Shown in pieces: positions 40,656-50,784 of a DNA stretch of 64,000 bases. Source of the DNA: Spirochaetota bacterium (lineage in GTDB: Bacteria; Spirochaetota; UBA4802; UBA5550); NCBI GenBank assembly GCA_963664815.2, contig CAXXHB010000002.1, forward strand, positions 160,001-224,000. Reading direction: 5' to 3'. Within the stretch, counting starts at the first letter, position 1. Each line of letters begins with the position of its first letter. A model generated the notes under the pieces. It saw nothing but the letters and a program-made list of their open reading frames with translations, searched no databases and had not been told where the DNA came from. Position numbers and translations under genes: made by a program.

Positions 40656-43600
40656 ATGGAATTTATTAATATCTCACAAAAAATATTTCATAAAGGAATT
40701 ATAAATAGCAGTTCAAGTTGCGAAAGCGATTTATTTAAAGCAGAGAATATTCTTAATGACAGAGGTCATTGGTGTACCAAGAAAAGAAACGCCGCCATCA
40801 AAGAATACACAATTATTGATTTTGAGAAAAATGTACCGATTGATTACATAAAAATAACAGCTTCATCAGGTGGATCATCAACCTTCCCGAATGGATTCCG
40901 TCTTGAAGGGAGCAATGATAGTGAAACATGGTCAATACTTTACAGTGAAAACAATACATCTCTCGAAGAAAACATTCACGAAGTCCATCTTCCGCTTACA
41001 ATAATACGTTTTCTCAAATTATTAATTACTGATCCTGCGGTACTCGAAACCCATTATTATTCCGAGATAGGAAGAGTTGAAGCAGGAATTTTTGGCATCC
41101 TTGAATTATCAGCAAGCAGTTTTACCGGGCAAAATCCTCTTGAAAACCTGCTTAACGAAGACCCTGGACTTTACTGGGAATCTGCCCAGAACTCAACAGC
41201 TATAATGGAATCGATTAAGATCGATCTTGGAAAAACTTTTTGCATAAACAGGATTCTTCTCGGTTCTGTAAATGAAGGCTTTCCGGAGAGCTTTCATGTA
41301 GAAACTTCTGTTGATAACGAGATATGGATAACTCTCCTTCATGAGAAAGGATTTGATGTTGAAAACGGTAAAAAGTATTCGTGGGAAACAGATATCAGAC
41401 CTTCCAGGTTTATAAGATTTGAGGCTCCCGGGAAACTTCTTTTAAACGGGAAATATGGTCTAAGGCTTTCGGAGTTGTCTGTTTTTGCAGCTCCGGTAAA
41501 CCATCTTCATACACATACCATTGGAGATATATCTCCACATGCTTCAGTTTTTCATGCAGGGATGGTGAGACTCTCAAGAGATGGTGAAAGTGTTCCAGGT
41601 ACAGTAGTTCAATCTTCAGACAGCAGACTCAGAGATGCATCAACCGTGTTTAAAGGGATTGTTCAGCTTTCCAACGATTCTGATATAGCACATGGTCTAG
41701 CTGTACAGGCCAGTGATTCAAGACTCCTTCCTGCTACGGAACAAAGAGCAGGGATAGTCCGGCTAGCTTACAATCGGGAAACCAGCATTAATTCTGTTGT
41801 ACAATCCAGTGATTCAAGACTTCAGCATGCCAGTGAAGATAATTTCGGAATTGTAAGGATATGTCAAGATGGAGAATATAAAGAACATTCAGTAGTTTCT
41901 GGCAATGACACAAGGCTGCATAAGGCTACAACTTCATCATATGGTATATGCAAATTGGCGGAAGACGGAGGTTCGGATTTTGGTACAGTTGTCCAGGCCA
42001 ACGACAGAAGACTGATGGAAGCATCAACTTATAGTAAAGGAATTGTTAAAATTGCAGCTGATGGTGAAATTTCCGGAGACTCTGTTGTAGTATCAACAGA
42101 TAAACGCCTTAAAGATGCAACAACAAAATATAAGGGTATAGTAGAACTCGCTGAAGATGGTGAAGAAACAGCCAATGTTGTTGTACAGGGTAATGATAAA
42201 CGTCTTAAAAATGCCACAGTACAAAGCCGAGGAATTGTTGAACTTGCCGAAGATGGTGAGGATAAAGCTGATGTTGTTGTTCAGGGTAATGATAAACGTC
42301 TTAAAAATGCCACAGTACAAAGCCGGGGAATTGTTGAACTTGCCGAAGATGGTGAGGATAAAGCTGATGTTGTTGTTCAGGGTAATGATAAACGTCTTAA
42401 AAATGCCACTGAACTATCCTATGGAATAGTAAAATTTGCCTCTGACGGATCTACAGAAAACTTTTCTGCAGTTCAGGGAAGTGATAAAAGGTTAAAAGAT
42501 GCAACTATTCTGAGAAAGGGGATTGTTGAACTTGCAGAGAACGGCGAAGAGAGTGAAGGTGTCGTCGTACAGGGCAATGATAAAAGACTTAAAGACGCAA
42601 CTACCACCAGTAAGGGGATTGTTGAACTTGCAGAGAACGGCGAAGAGAATGAAGGTGTCGTCGTACAGGGCAATGATAAAAGACTTAAAGACGCAACTAC
42701 CACCAGTAAGGGGATTGTTGAACTTGCAGAGAACGGCGAAGAGAATGAAGGTGTCGTCGTACAGGGCAATGATAAAAGACTTAAAGACGCAACTACCACC
42801 AGTAAGGGGATTGTTGAACTTGCAGAGAACGGCGAAGAGAATGAAGGTGTCGTCGTACAGGGCAATGATAGAAGACTTAAAGACGCAACTACCATCAGTA
42901 AGGGGATAGTTGAATTTGCAGAGAACGGCGAAGATAAAGAGTTTGTCGCTGTTCAGGGAAATGACAGAAGGCTAAAACCAGCTTCAGAAAAAGATGCCGG
43001 AATTGTAAGATTTTCTGCAAATGGTGAAAGCGGACATAACCTCGCTGTCAAGGCTGATGATAAAAGGCTTAATGATAAAAGAGATCCTCTGCCGCATATC
43101 CATGACTATGCTCCTGTTAAACATGAATACGTGAGCCATACAGGTACTATATCAGTAAAAGAAAAGAAAAATGAACCGTTCAGTGAAATTACACCTCCAT
43201 CTGACGGTTCTTCGGTAATTTATGGGAACAATCTCTCTGATAAACCATTTTCAATTGGTATAGCCGGAATATCCGGCGCAATGGCTAATGAGAAAATCAG
43301 CAGTTACGGGGTTTTGGGCCATAGTACTCATGTTGGAGTAAGAGGTCAGTCTGCAGGGAAAGATAGTTCAGGTGCAGGAATTGTTGGAATTTCAAGATTC
43401 GGCACAGGAGGAATTTTTTCAAGCGAACACGAATTTTCTCTTATAGCGGATGGTTCAGGAGCTGTTCTTCATAAATTTGACGAAAATCTTAATCTATCCG
43501 GCAACGGAAAAGCTCTGCTTGTATCCGGTGTGTCACAATTCGAAGGTAAAATATTTGTAAAAGGTTACGGCAACGCCGAATTCCCCGGAGGACTTGCCGA

Positions 43601-43991
43601 ACTCTTTGAGGTTGATGAAGCTGAATATGTCTCTCCTGGTGATATTCTTATAGTAAACGAAAGAGGAAATTCAATCCTTTCAAAATCAAAAAGCAGTTAT
43701 AGTCAATCAGTTATAGGAATTATATCAGGAAATCCTTATATAATAATAAATAACAGCGGAAAAGAGGAAAAGCTCTACCCTGTTGTTCTTGCCGGAAAAG
43801 CTCTCTGCAGAGTGGATGCAAGAAACAATCCGGTGAAAGCTGGCGATCTTATCGTCACATCGGAGACAACAGGTTGCGGCATGACCGGGAAGATAGATTC
43901 ATTTGAAAAAATCGGAACTGTAATAGGAAAAGCTTTGCATGGTCTTGAAGAAGGAATCGGCTTGATCCCGATATTTGTTACTCATCTGTAA
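40656..43991 (+). CDS. Discoidin (F5/8 type C) x2 + 16 phage-tail-fibre-like repeats + C-terminal autochaperone-like (Peptidase G2-type) protein
   Basis: GGAG RBS before ATG 40656. Two F5/8C-like modules (IIDF...FRLEGSND..W; IDLG...VETSVDN..W...RFIRF). Repeats of the type DATTTSKGIVELA. C-terminal LAELFEV...PGD...VIGIISGNP...PVVLAGKALCRVDA...GDLIVTS. Confidence 0.8.
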   Translation: MEFINISQKIFHKGIINSSSSCESDLFKAENILNDRGHWCTKKRNAAIKEYTIIDFEKNVPIDYIKITASSGGSSTFPNGFRLEGSNDSETWSILYSENNTSLEENIHEVHLPLTIIRFLKLLITDPAVLETHYYSEIGRVEAGIFGILELSASSFTGQNPLENLLNEDPGLYWESAQNSTAIMESIKIDLGKTFCINRILLGSVNEGFPESFHVETSVDNEIWITLLHEKGFDVENGKKYSWETDIRPSRFIRFEAPGKLLLNGKYGLRLSELSVFAAPVNHLHTHTIGDISPHASVFHAGMVRLSRDGESVPGTVVQSSDSRLRDASTVFKGIVQLSNDSDIAHGLAVQASDSRLLPATEQRAGIVRLAYNRETSINSVVQSSDSRLQHASEDNFGIVRICQDGEYKEHSVVSGNDTRLHKATTSSYGICKLAEDGGSDFGTVVQANDRRLMEASTYSKGIVKIAADGEISGDSVVVSTDKRLKDATTKYKGIVELAEDGEETANVVVQGNDKRLKNATVQSRGIVELAEDGEDKADVVVQGNDKRLKNATVQSRGIVELAEDGEDKADVVVQGNDKRLKNATELSYGIVKFASDGSTENFSAVQGSDKRLKDATILRKGIVELAENGEESEGVVVQGNDKRLKDATTTSKGIVELAENGEENEGVVVQGNDKRLKDATTTSKGIVELAENGEENEGVVVQGNDKRLKDATTTSKGIVELAENGEENEGVVVQGNDRRLKDATTISKGIVEFAENGEDKEFVAVQGNDRRLKPASEKDAGIVRFSANGESGHNLAVKADDKRLNDKRDPLPHIHDYAPVKHEYVSHTGTISVKEKKNEPFSEITPPSDGSSVIYGNNLSDKPFSIGIAGISGAMANEKISSYGVLGHSTHVGVRGQSAGKDSSGAGIVGISRFGTGGIFSSEHEFSLIADGSGAVLHKFDENLNLSGNGKALLVSGVSQFEGKIFVKGYGNAEFPGGLAELFEVDEAEYVSPGDILIVNERGNSILSKSKSSYSQSVIGIISGNPYIIINNSGKEEKLYPVVLAGKALCRVDARNNPVKAGDLIVTSETTGCGMTGKIDSFEKIGTVIGKALHGLEEGIGLIPIFVTHL
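41538..43073 (+). repeat. Coding tandem repeat, 16 x 96 bp (32 aa)
   Basis: Period 96 nt. Near-identical DNA blocks at about 42175-42409 (about 2.4 copies) and 42516-42934 (about 4.4 copies); outer units are diverged. Confidence 0.95.
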
Positions 43992-44053
43992 ATTTTAACA
44001 ACAAATAACAGTTAGAGTTTAAGGAATCCAACCTTCTTTTAATATTATTCCTC

Positions 44054-44827
44054 TCAGGGCTTCATCGTGTCTACAAGATTCTTTTCAGATTTGTTCAGGA
44101 TGGAATTTGTATAGTCGTTCAGTTCTTGTGAGTATTTTTTGCTAATATAGATTATTTTTCTGCAAAAAGGTTTTTTCTCATACTGGTCAATCCACATTAT
44201 TACGATTGTATTTTCCGAATCCCAGGTCATTGCCCCCTGGTTGTCTTTTACATTTTCTCCCGTATGATTCCCGTATTTTTGCTGAATTTTCTGATAAACC
44301 TGATCTCTGTCAAGATAGGGAAAAGTTATTGAAACATAAAGGAGTTTACCCTCGTCTTTTTCAGGAGTTGTTGCAGACTGCTTATCAGTAGTCGGTTTAG
44401 TTTCATCTTTTTTGGGCTCATTTTTTTTCGGTTCTTCTTTTTTAAGTTCCTCTTTTTTCAATGAAACTGTTTCAGCAGAAGGTTCCTTGTAAAAAAAGCC
44501 GTAATAATATTCTACTTCATTGTCTTTTGAAATTATTATTCTTTTTTCATCTGTAAACGATAATATTCCGGTAATTTTGTCTCTGGCATCTGAAAGGTAC
44601 ATTCCCCATGTAAGATTACCATATCCGTCTGGAATTTTTCCGGATTTTTCTTCATTTGTTCCAGGTTTGGCTGTATCTTTGTTTTCTGTTTTTTTGTCGT
44701 TTTTAATTTCTTTTTTTACTTCCGTTTTTGTATCGGATTTTATTACAGCTTTTTCTGCCGGCTTATTCTGGGCATAGACAGCGGATGCCAATAAAAATAT
44801 AATTAACAGTACATATGATCTGCGCAT
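44054..44827 (-). CDS. Hypothetical exported protein with Lys/Glu-rich linkers
   Basis: Signal peptide (ASAVYA); GYGNLTWGM; low-complexity KKEEPKKNEPKKDE. Confidence 0.7.
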   Translation of the reverse strand: MRRSYVLLIIFLLASAVYAQNKPAEKAVIKSDTKTEVKKEIKNDKKTENKDTAKPGTNEEKSGKIPDGYGNLTWGMYLSDARDKITGILSFTDEKRIIISKDNEVEYYYGFFYKEPSAETVSLKKEELKKEEPKKNEPKKDETKPTTDKQSATTPEKDEGKLLYVSITFPYLDRDQVYQKIQQKYGNHTGENVKDNQGAMTWDSENTIVIMWIDQYEKKPFCRKIIYISKKYSQELNDYTNSILNKSEKNLVDTMKP

Positions 44828-44899
44828 AATTTCCCCTCTGAAAAAAGCTTGAAATACTATTTTAATTATCGACAGAATTAAAAGAAAGAGATACTTTTT

Positions 44900-45934
44900 T
44901 CAAAGAATTGCAACTTTTACATTATCAAAATCTGTAACTTCTCCTATCAAATGTGGATTGTTTCCATTACTTCTAAGCAAACTGATTATTTTATCAGCAG
45001 ATTTTTCAGATATAATAAGTATCATCCCGATACCCATATTAAAGGTTGTATACATCTCTCTTTCAGTAATTTCACCCTCCTTTTCCATTATTTTAAAGAT
45101 CGGTGGAATAGTGTATGAATTTTTTAAAATTTTTACAGAAGTTTTCTCAGGGAGAATACGGGGAATATTTTCATAGAATCCGCCCCCAGTTATATGGACA
45201 ATCCCTTTTATATTGATACCAGCGTTAATGATCGAGTGGAGAGATTTGACATAAATTTTTGTCGGTGTCAATAAAACATTTCCAAGTTCATCATCGAGAT
45301 CGCTTAGTCTTGTTGAAGGATTATATTTTTTTCCTTCGAAAAATATTTTTCTTACAAGCGAATACCCGTTTGAATGAATACCACTCGAAGGGAGCCCGAT
45401 GATCAGATCCCCTTTGACAATATTCTCACCGTTAATAATTTTTTTTTTGTCAACAACTCCGACCGAAAAACCGGCAATATCATAATCATCCGCATCCATT
45501 ATCCCCGGATGTTCAGCAGTCTCTCCTCCTACAAGTGAACATTCTGACTGCATGCATCCTTCGGCAATACCTTTTACTACATCGACAAGTACATCTTCAT
45601 GTAATTTCCCGCAGGATATGTAATCAAGAAAGAAGAGTGGTTTTGCTCCACTGGTTACTATATCGTTTACACACATAGCCACGGCATCAATTCCAATTGT
45701 ATCATGTTTGTTCATCATTTGTGCTATTTTCAGTTTTGTACCAACACCATCAGTTCCTGAAACAAGAACAGGTTCCTCCATATTTTTAAAATTCGCGGCA
45801 TAAAGTGATCCAAAACCTCCGATGTCGGCAAGAACATCATTTGTAAAAGTGCTTCTGACAAACGGGGCAATCCTTTTTACAAATCTGTTTCCCCCTTCTA
45901 CATCAACTCCTGCATCCTTATATGTTATTGACAT
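44900..45934 (-). CDS. purM: Phosphoribosylformylglycinamidine cyclo-ligase (AIR synthase)
   Basis: TYKDAGVD, GTDGVGTK, GGETAEHPG, SSGIHSNGYSL, HITGGG and TFNMGIG. Confidence 0.97.
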   Translation of the reverse strand: MSITYKDAGVDVEGGNRFVKRIAPFVRSTFTNDVLADIGGFGSLYAANFKNMEEPVLVSGTDGVGTKLKIAQMMNKHDTIGIDAVAMCVNDIVTSGAKPLFFLDYISCGKLHEDVLVDVVKGIAEGCMQSECSLVGGETAEHPGIMDADDYDIAGFSVGVVDKKKIINGENIVKGDLIIGLPSSGIHSNGYSLVRKIFFEGKKYNPSTRLSDLDDELGNVLLTPTKIYVKSLHSIINAGINIKGIVHITGGGFYENIPRILPEKTSVKILKNSYTIPPIFKIMEKEGEITEREMYTTFNMGIGMILIISEKSADKIISLLRSNGNNPHLIGEVTDFDNVKVAIL

Positions 45935-45948
45935 GTTTATCTCCGGAA

Positions 45949-46479
45949 TTATTTTATAATTGAATAAGAATACACATCTCTCGGTATTGGAGAAATATTA
46001 GGATGAAGTGAATATTTTCTTAATATTCCTTCTTTAATCAATCCGGCATTTTCCATTACTTTTGCTGACGCGCTGTTTTCAATATCACATACACCACATA
46101 CTCTGTATATTGAATCGATTGCAAAGGCATACTTAACAACTCTTTTCAAGGATTCAGTCATAAAACCTTTGCCCCATTCATTTTTCATCAACACGTAGCC
46201 GAAATTTGCCCTGCAACTTTCCAGTTTAAGGTCAATCATTCCTATTAACTGATTATCAACTTTATTTACTATACACCATGCAATACGGCCGCCATGATCA
46301 AAATCCATTACGCAGGAATTTAAAAAATCATAAGTATCCTGTATCCTCCTGTGAGTTTTCCACATTAAATACTTTGTAACATCGGAATCTTTGGCATATT
46401 TATTAAATATAGCATCAGCATCTGTTATAACAGGTTTTCTTAGTATAAGACGCTCTGTTTCAATAAAAGTTGTATTCAT
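45949..46479 (-). CDS. GNAT (RimJ/RimL-like) N-acetyltransferase
   Basis: ETERLILR, WGKGFMTE and NSASAKVMEN.G...EG. Confidence 0.9.
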   Translation of the reverse strand: MNTTFIETERLILRKPVITDADAIFNKYAKDSDVTKYLMWKTHRRIQDTYDFLNSCVMDFDHGGRIAWCIVNKVDNQLIGMIDLKLESCRANFGYVLMKNEWGKGFMTESLKRVVKYAFAIDSIYRVCGVCDIENSASAKVMENAGLIKEGILRKYSLHPNISPIPRDVYSYSIIK

Positions 46480-46671
46480 AGATATATACTACATCAAACT
46501 AAATACAAAAAAATATTTTTAAATCATTCTTTGTAAAGTATTATTTGCCAACAATTTTAATCGTCTTTTTCATTTAAAAAAAAGTATTTCATATTTTATG
46601 AAACAACATTTCTGGCTCAGATCAACAAGAGGGCCGTTTTTAAAACTGAAATTCAGAATTATGAGAACTTT

Positions 46672-47355
46672 CTATCTTTTATATCCATTATCGGGAGGAA
46701 GATTCTCCCCATGCGCTGCAGATACGGCAAGTTCATCACATCTTTCATTAAGAGGATTCCCCGCATGCCCCTTTACCCAGATAAAAGTAACTTTTAAAGG
46801 TTCTACAAGATCAAGAAGCTCGCTCCAGAGATCTTGATTAACTGCGGGTTTTTTATCAGATTTGATCCAGTTGTTATTCCGCCAGCTCTTTGCCCACCCT
46901 TTTGTAATTCCGTTAACTACATACCTTGAATCAGTGTAGATTTTAACAGGAATATTTTTATACTCAAGGTTTCTTAGTGCCACAATTACACCCATAAGCT
47001 CCATCCTGTTATTTGTTGTCAGACGAAATCCTCCGGAAATTTCTTTTTTTTCATTACTGTATATCTGGACAACTCCAAAACCTCCAGGGCCTGGATTACT
47101 GGAGCTTCCCCCGTCAGTGTATATAATTACTTCTTCTGTTTTATTTGATGATGTATTTTCCGACAAACTCTCTTTAACCTTGATTAAATCTGAACCGGTT
47201 ATACTGTTAAGCCATTCATCAGCTTCTGCAACTGAAGGGAATCCTTTAAATACAGCACCGGGAAATCCTTCAATCTGGGACTGGGCGGCAGGCCAATTGT
47301 TATATATACCTGGCTTGCGGCCTTTTGCAACAGCGTAAAATTTCTTTGTACTCAT
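46672..47355 (-). CDS. rnhA: Ribonuclease HI with N-terminal hybrid-binding (Cauli_VI) domain
   Basis: KFYAVAKGRKPGIY..W; YTDGG..NPGPGG, TTNNRMEL, TDS and WVKGHAG..NERCDELA. Confidence 0.95.
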   Translation of the reverse strand: MSTKKFYAVAKGRKPGIYNNWPAAQSQIEGFPGAVFKGFPSVAEADEWLNSITGSDLIKVKESLSENTSSNKTEEVIIYTDGGSSSNPGPGGFGVVQIYSNEKKEISGGFRLTTNNRMELMGVIVALRNLEYKNIPVKIYTDSRYVVNGITKGWAKSWRNNNWIKSDKKPAVNQDLWSELLDLVEPLKVTFIWVKGHAGNPLNERCDELAVSAAHGENLPPDNGYKR

Positions 47356-47359
47356 GAAT

Positions 47360-48253
47360 TTATATTTTACTCATATTTATATCTATAAGTTTATCTTTTT
47401 TCAACCAGATATTATTAAGCCAGTCTTTAAACTCATTCTGAAATTTTTCATCCTCAATATCCGCTTTTGCAAATTTATCAGGAATTTCAAGTGTTTCAAT
47501 AAAAACATCAATTTTTCTTACTTTCCCGCAAATAAAGTCCCACATAGTCCCAACACCATCAGGATATACAATTGTAACATCAAGCAGCTTATGAAACCTG
47601 TCCCCCATCGCTGAAATAGTAAAAGAAAGACCTCCGGCTTTTGGTTTTAGCAAATGTTTATATGGAGACATTTGCCTGTCATGCTTTTCTCTGGTCAATC
47701 TTGTTCCCTCCGGGAATGTCATCACCGTAATATAGTTGGTTTTAAATCTTTCACATGCTTTTCGGGTAATTTCAATGTCCTTCCCTTTCAGTTTCGGGTT
47801 TTTTTGAACCTGTTCCTTCGTAAATCGTTTCATAAATGGAAAATCGAGAGCCCACCATGCAGGACCCATGATTGGAACCCATATAAGCTCCTTCTTTAGA
47901 AAAAACTTGATGAAGGGAATTTTACCATATAAAACTTTCTGAAGGATTACTATATCAACCCACGATTGATGATTTGAAATTACAAGATACCATTCCTTAA
48001 TGTTTAATTTTTCAGCACCTGTTATTCTCCACTCAATTGGAAAAAAACATTCAATAAATAATGAATTAATAAAGACCCAGTTACTTGCTATTCTGATTAA
48101 TATTTTTCCTGTAAAAACACGCCACCATTTGATAGGTATTATAATTTTTATAAAAGTAAATAGAAAGAGCTGTACTGCTGTCTGAAGAATATTCAAAACC
48201 AGAAAAATAAAAAATAGACATCCGAAAAGATTAGAGGTAATAATTTTTAACAT
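47360..48253 (-). CDS. Acyltransferase, YihG/PlsC-like
   Basis: NHQSWVD, FFLKKELIWVP, FPEGTR and LLKPKAGG. Confidence 0.9.
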   Translation of the reverse strand: MLKIITSNLFGCLFFIFLVLNILQTAVQLFLFTFIKIIIPIKWWRVFTGKILIRIASNWVFINSLFIECFFPIEWRITGAEKLNIKEWYLVISNHQSWVDIVILQKVLYGKIPFIKFFLKKELIWVPIMGPAWWALDFPFMKRFTKEQVQKNPKLKGKDIEITRKACERFKTNYITVMTFPEGTRLTREKHDRQMSPYKHLLKPKAGGLSFTISAMGDRFHKLLDVTIVYPDGVGTMWDFICGKVRKIDVFIETLEIPDKFAKADIEDEKFQNEFKDWLNNIWLKKDKLIDINMSKI

Positions 48254-48395
48254 TTATTATTTCCTATTTTAAAATTTAAATCTACACAAGCTTATAATAA
48301 CGTTACATCAACAATATATACTTTTTCTGTCAAATATTATAAACTCCATATTTAAGAGCTTCAGGCTTAATTAGACTTATATCCTTTGATAGAGT

Positions 48396-50534
48396 TTAAT
48401 CTCTCCCCAGATAATAGAGTCTACAAATACTTATTGTTTCATAATCAATCATTCCATTAAGAGCTTCATATGCAGGTTTAAGTCTGTCTATGCCGGTAAG
48501 TTCAAATGCATTGATAATTGTAAATAAAATATTTTTATCAGCCGGGATCAATGGCAAGAGGAGGTCCTTTCTTACATATCCACCATATTTAATATATCGG
48601 AAAAGGTATTCTATTATCGTCCTCTTTTGAATTCCTTCTCTCACTGTTATCTCGTCTATAGGAATTCCTGAGTTATATAACTCACTTATTCCAATATAAC
48701 GTGGAGTTTTTTGTGAAGCCTTCATATCGGTATTATTATCTATTCCGTGTTTACAACAATATTCTGTTACTATCAAAATAAGTATATCTCCATACTTTTT
48801 AACTTTTTGAACACCTATTCCATGTATCTTTAGAAGTGAATCATGGTTTCGCGGGTACAAGCTTGCTATTTCTAAAAGTGTTTTATCAGAAAAAATTATA
48901 TAAGGGGGAACATTTTCCGACATGGCCAGTTCCTTCCGTTTTTCGCGAAGTATTTCAAACAACTCTTCGGTATATTCCTTTTTACCTGTATCAGAATTAT
49001 GTTTTTTAGCACCATCCTGCAAATTACCAAAAACTTTATCCGTTCCTTTCATAACATCATATGCCTTTCCCGTCAATTTCAGCACACCGGGAACTTCAGA
49101 ATCATTGTGGATAAGTTTCTGCTTTATAAACTGACGGACAAGGTTCATCCAAAAATCTTTTGTATACTCTTTCCCAATCCCATATGTTGAAAGTGAATTA
49201 TGATTAAAAACGCTTATCTTTTTTGATTTTGATCCGCGCAGAATATCAATAATATATCCTGCTCCGAATTTTTCTCCGGTTCTTTTTATGCATGATAGAA
49301 ACATCTGCGCCTGAACCGTAATATCTTCACTCTGTTCTTCCGGAGCTAAACAGTTATCGCACATTCCGCAAAATGGTTCATTATATTCCTCACCAAAATA
49401 TTTAATAAGAGGTATTCTTCTGCAACCTGAAGTGTCAGCATAATCGACAAGGGCATTTAATTGTGTCATTGCTGTTCTTTTCTCTTCGTTATCGCTCTTT
49501 TGATCTATAAAATATCTTATTTTATGGATATCCGAATAACTATATAGAAGAAGGCATGTAGAATCAACTCCATCCCTCCCCGCCCGGCCGGTTTCCTGGT
49601 AATATGACTCAATACTTTTAGGAAGATCAAAATGTATCACATATCGGACATTAGTTTTATGTATCCCCATACCAAATGCAATTGTTGCTACCATAATCTG
49701 CACTTCCTCCTTTAAAAAAAGCTCCTGGTTTTCTTTTCTTTCTTCATCTGATAAACCTGCATGATACGGCCTTGCTCTGTATCCGCACTTTTGAAGTCTG
49801 GAGAACAATCGATCAACACTATCCCTCGAAAAACAGTATATTATACCAGATTCGTTTTTAAACTGTTCTAAAAAATCCAGAATCTGTTTAAATGGATTAT
49901 TTTTATGAATAATTTTATAGAAAAGATTCTCCCTGTTAAAACTCGCAACAAAATCATTCGATTCATTCATTTCAAGATTTTTCCTTATATCTGATCTTAC
50001 CCTTGCTGTTGCAGTCGCAGTTAGGGCTATACATACAGCATCCGGAAAACGTTTCCTTACATGAGCTATCTTTCTGTATTCCGGACGGAAATCATGACCC
50101 CATTCCGAAATACAGTGAGCTTCATCAATGGCAATACAGTCAACCTTCACCGAATCAAGAAATTCGAGTATATCACTTTTAAGAAGAGTTTCCGGAGCTA
50201 CATAAAGCAGTCTCACATCACCATTCCTGATTTTCTGAATATTATCTGAATATTCAACTCTGGAAATTGAACTGTTAAGCAGAACTGTTTCAATCCCAAG
50301 CTGTTTCATCTGATCGACCTGATCTTTCATCAAAGATATCAGTGGGGAGACAACTACTGTCAGACCATTAAAAATCAAAGCCGGAAGCTGATAGCAGAGT
50401 GATTTCCCCCCTCCCGTAGGCATTACTACAAGAACGTCTTTTTTATTTACTACCGATGTTATAATTTCCTGTTGCAGAAAACGAAAATTATTATATCCAA
50501 ATACTTTTTTTAAAATCTCTTTTTCTCTAATCAT
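48396..50534 (-). CDS. recQ: ATP-dependent DNA helicase RecQ
   Basis: MPTGGGKSLCYQ, DEAHCISEWGHDFRP, YYQETGRAGRDG, Zn-binding/RQC region, and HRDC (VPPYIIFSDKTL). Confidence 0.97.
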   Translation of the reverse strand: MIREKEILKKVFGYNNFRFLQQEIITSVVNKKDVLVVMPTGGGKSLCYQLPALIFNGLTVVVSPLISLMKDQVDQMKQLGIETVLLNSSISRVEYSDNIQKIRNGDVRLLYVAPETLLKSDILEFLDSVKVDCIAIDEAHCISEWGHDFRPEYRKIAHVRKRFPDAVCIALTATATARVRSDIRKNLEMNESNDFVASFNRENLFYKIIHKNNPFKQILDFLEQFKNESGIIYCFSRDSVDRLFSRLQKCGYRARPYHAGLSDEERKENQELFLKEEVQIMVATIAFGMGIHKTNVRYVIHFDLPKSIESYYQETGRAGRDGVDSTCLLLYSYSDIHKIRYFIDQKSDNEEKRTAMTQLNALVDYADTSGCRRIPLIKYFGEEYNEPFCGMCDNCLAPEEQSEDITVQAQMFLSCIKRTGEKFGAGYIIDILRGSKSKKISVFNHNSLSTYGIGKEYTKDFWMNLVRQFIKQKLIHNDSEVPGVLKLTGKAYDVMKGTDKVFGNLQDGAKKHNSDTGKKEYTEELFEILREKRKELAMSENVPPYIIFSDKTLLEIASLYPRNHDSLLKIHGIGVQKVKKYGDILILIVTEYCCKHGIDNNTDMKASQKTPRYIGISELYNSGIPIDEITVREGIQKRTIIEYLFRYIKYGGYVRKDLLLPLIPADKNILFTIINAFELTGIDRLKPAYEALNGMIDYETISICRLYYLGRD

Positions 50535-50784
50535 TTTTCTCTCTTTTATTCGTTTTATATTCTTCTGCTAAAATCCGCAAACTTTACTTAAGAAAACTGA
50601 ATTTATCACTTAATTCTCATGAATCACATCAACTGCAAAACATTTATACAGTTGTCTATATATACGATCAATAAATCAGAAATTAAAAACTTCAAAAAAA
50701 ATTTTTTGCACCCATATTTTGATAGTTTTGTTTTAATGACAGATAATTAATATTTCAACAATATATAGAAACTGTGAGGTTCTA

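Noticed and set aside
42029-42909. Alternative-frame repeat ORFs (e.g. 42473-42895 minus, 42523-42909 plus)
   Set aside because: Shadows of the coding repeat: a stop-free unit stays open when tandemly copied.
42175-42934. CRISPR array or non-coding repeat
   Set aside because: Units are contiguous 96-bp in-frame coding repeats with no unique spacers, and there are no cas genes.
46672-47355. Viral-like (Cauli_VI) domain as a sign of a mobile element
   Set aside because: It is the ordinary hybrid-binding domain of many bacterial RNase HI enzymes.
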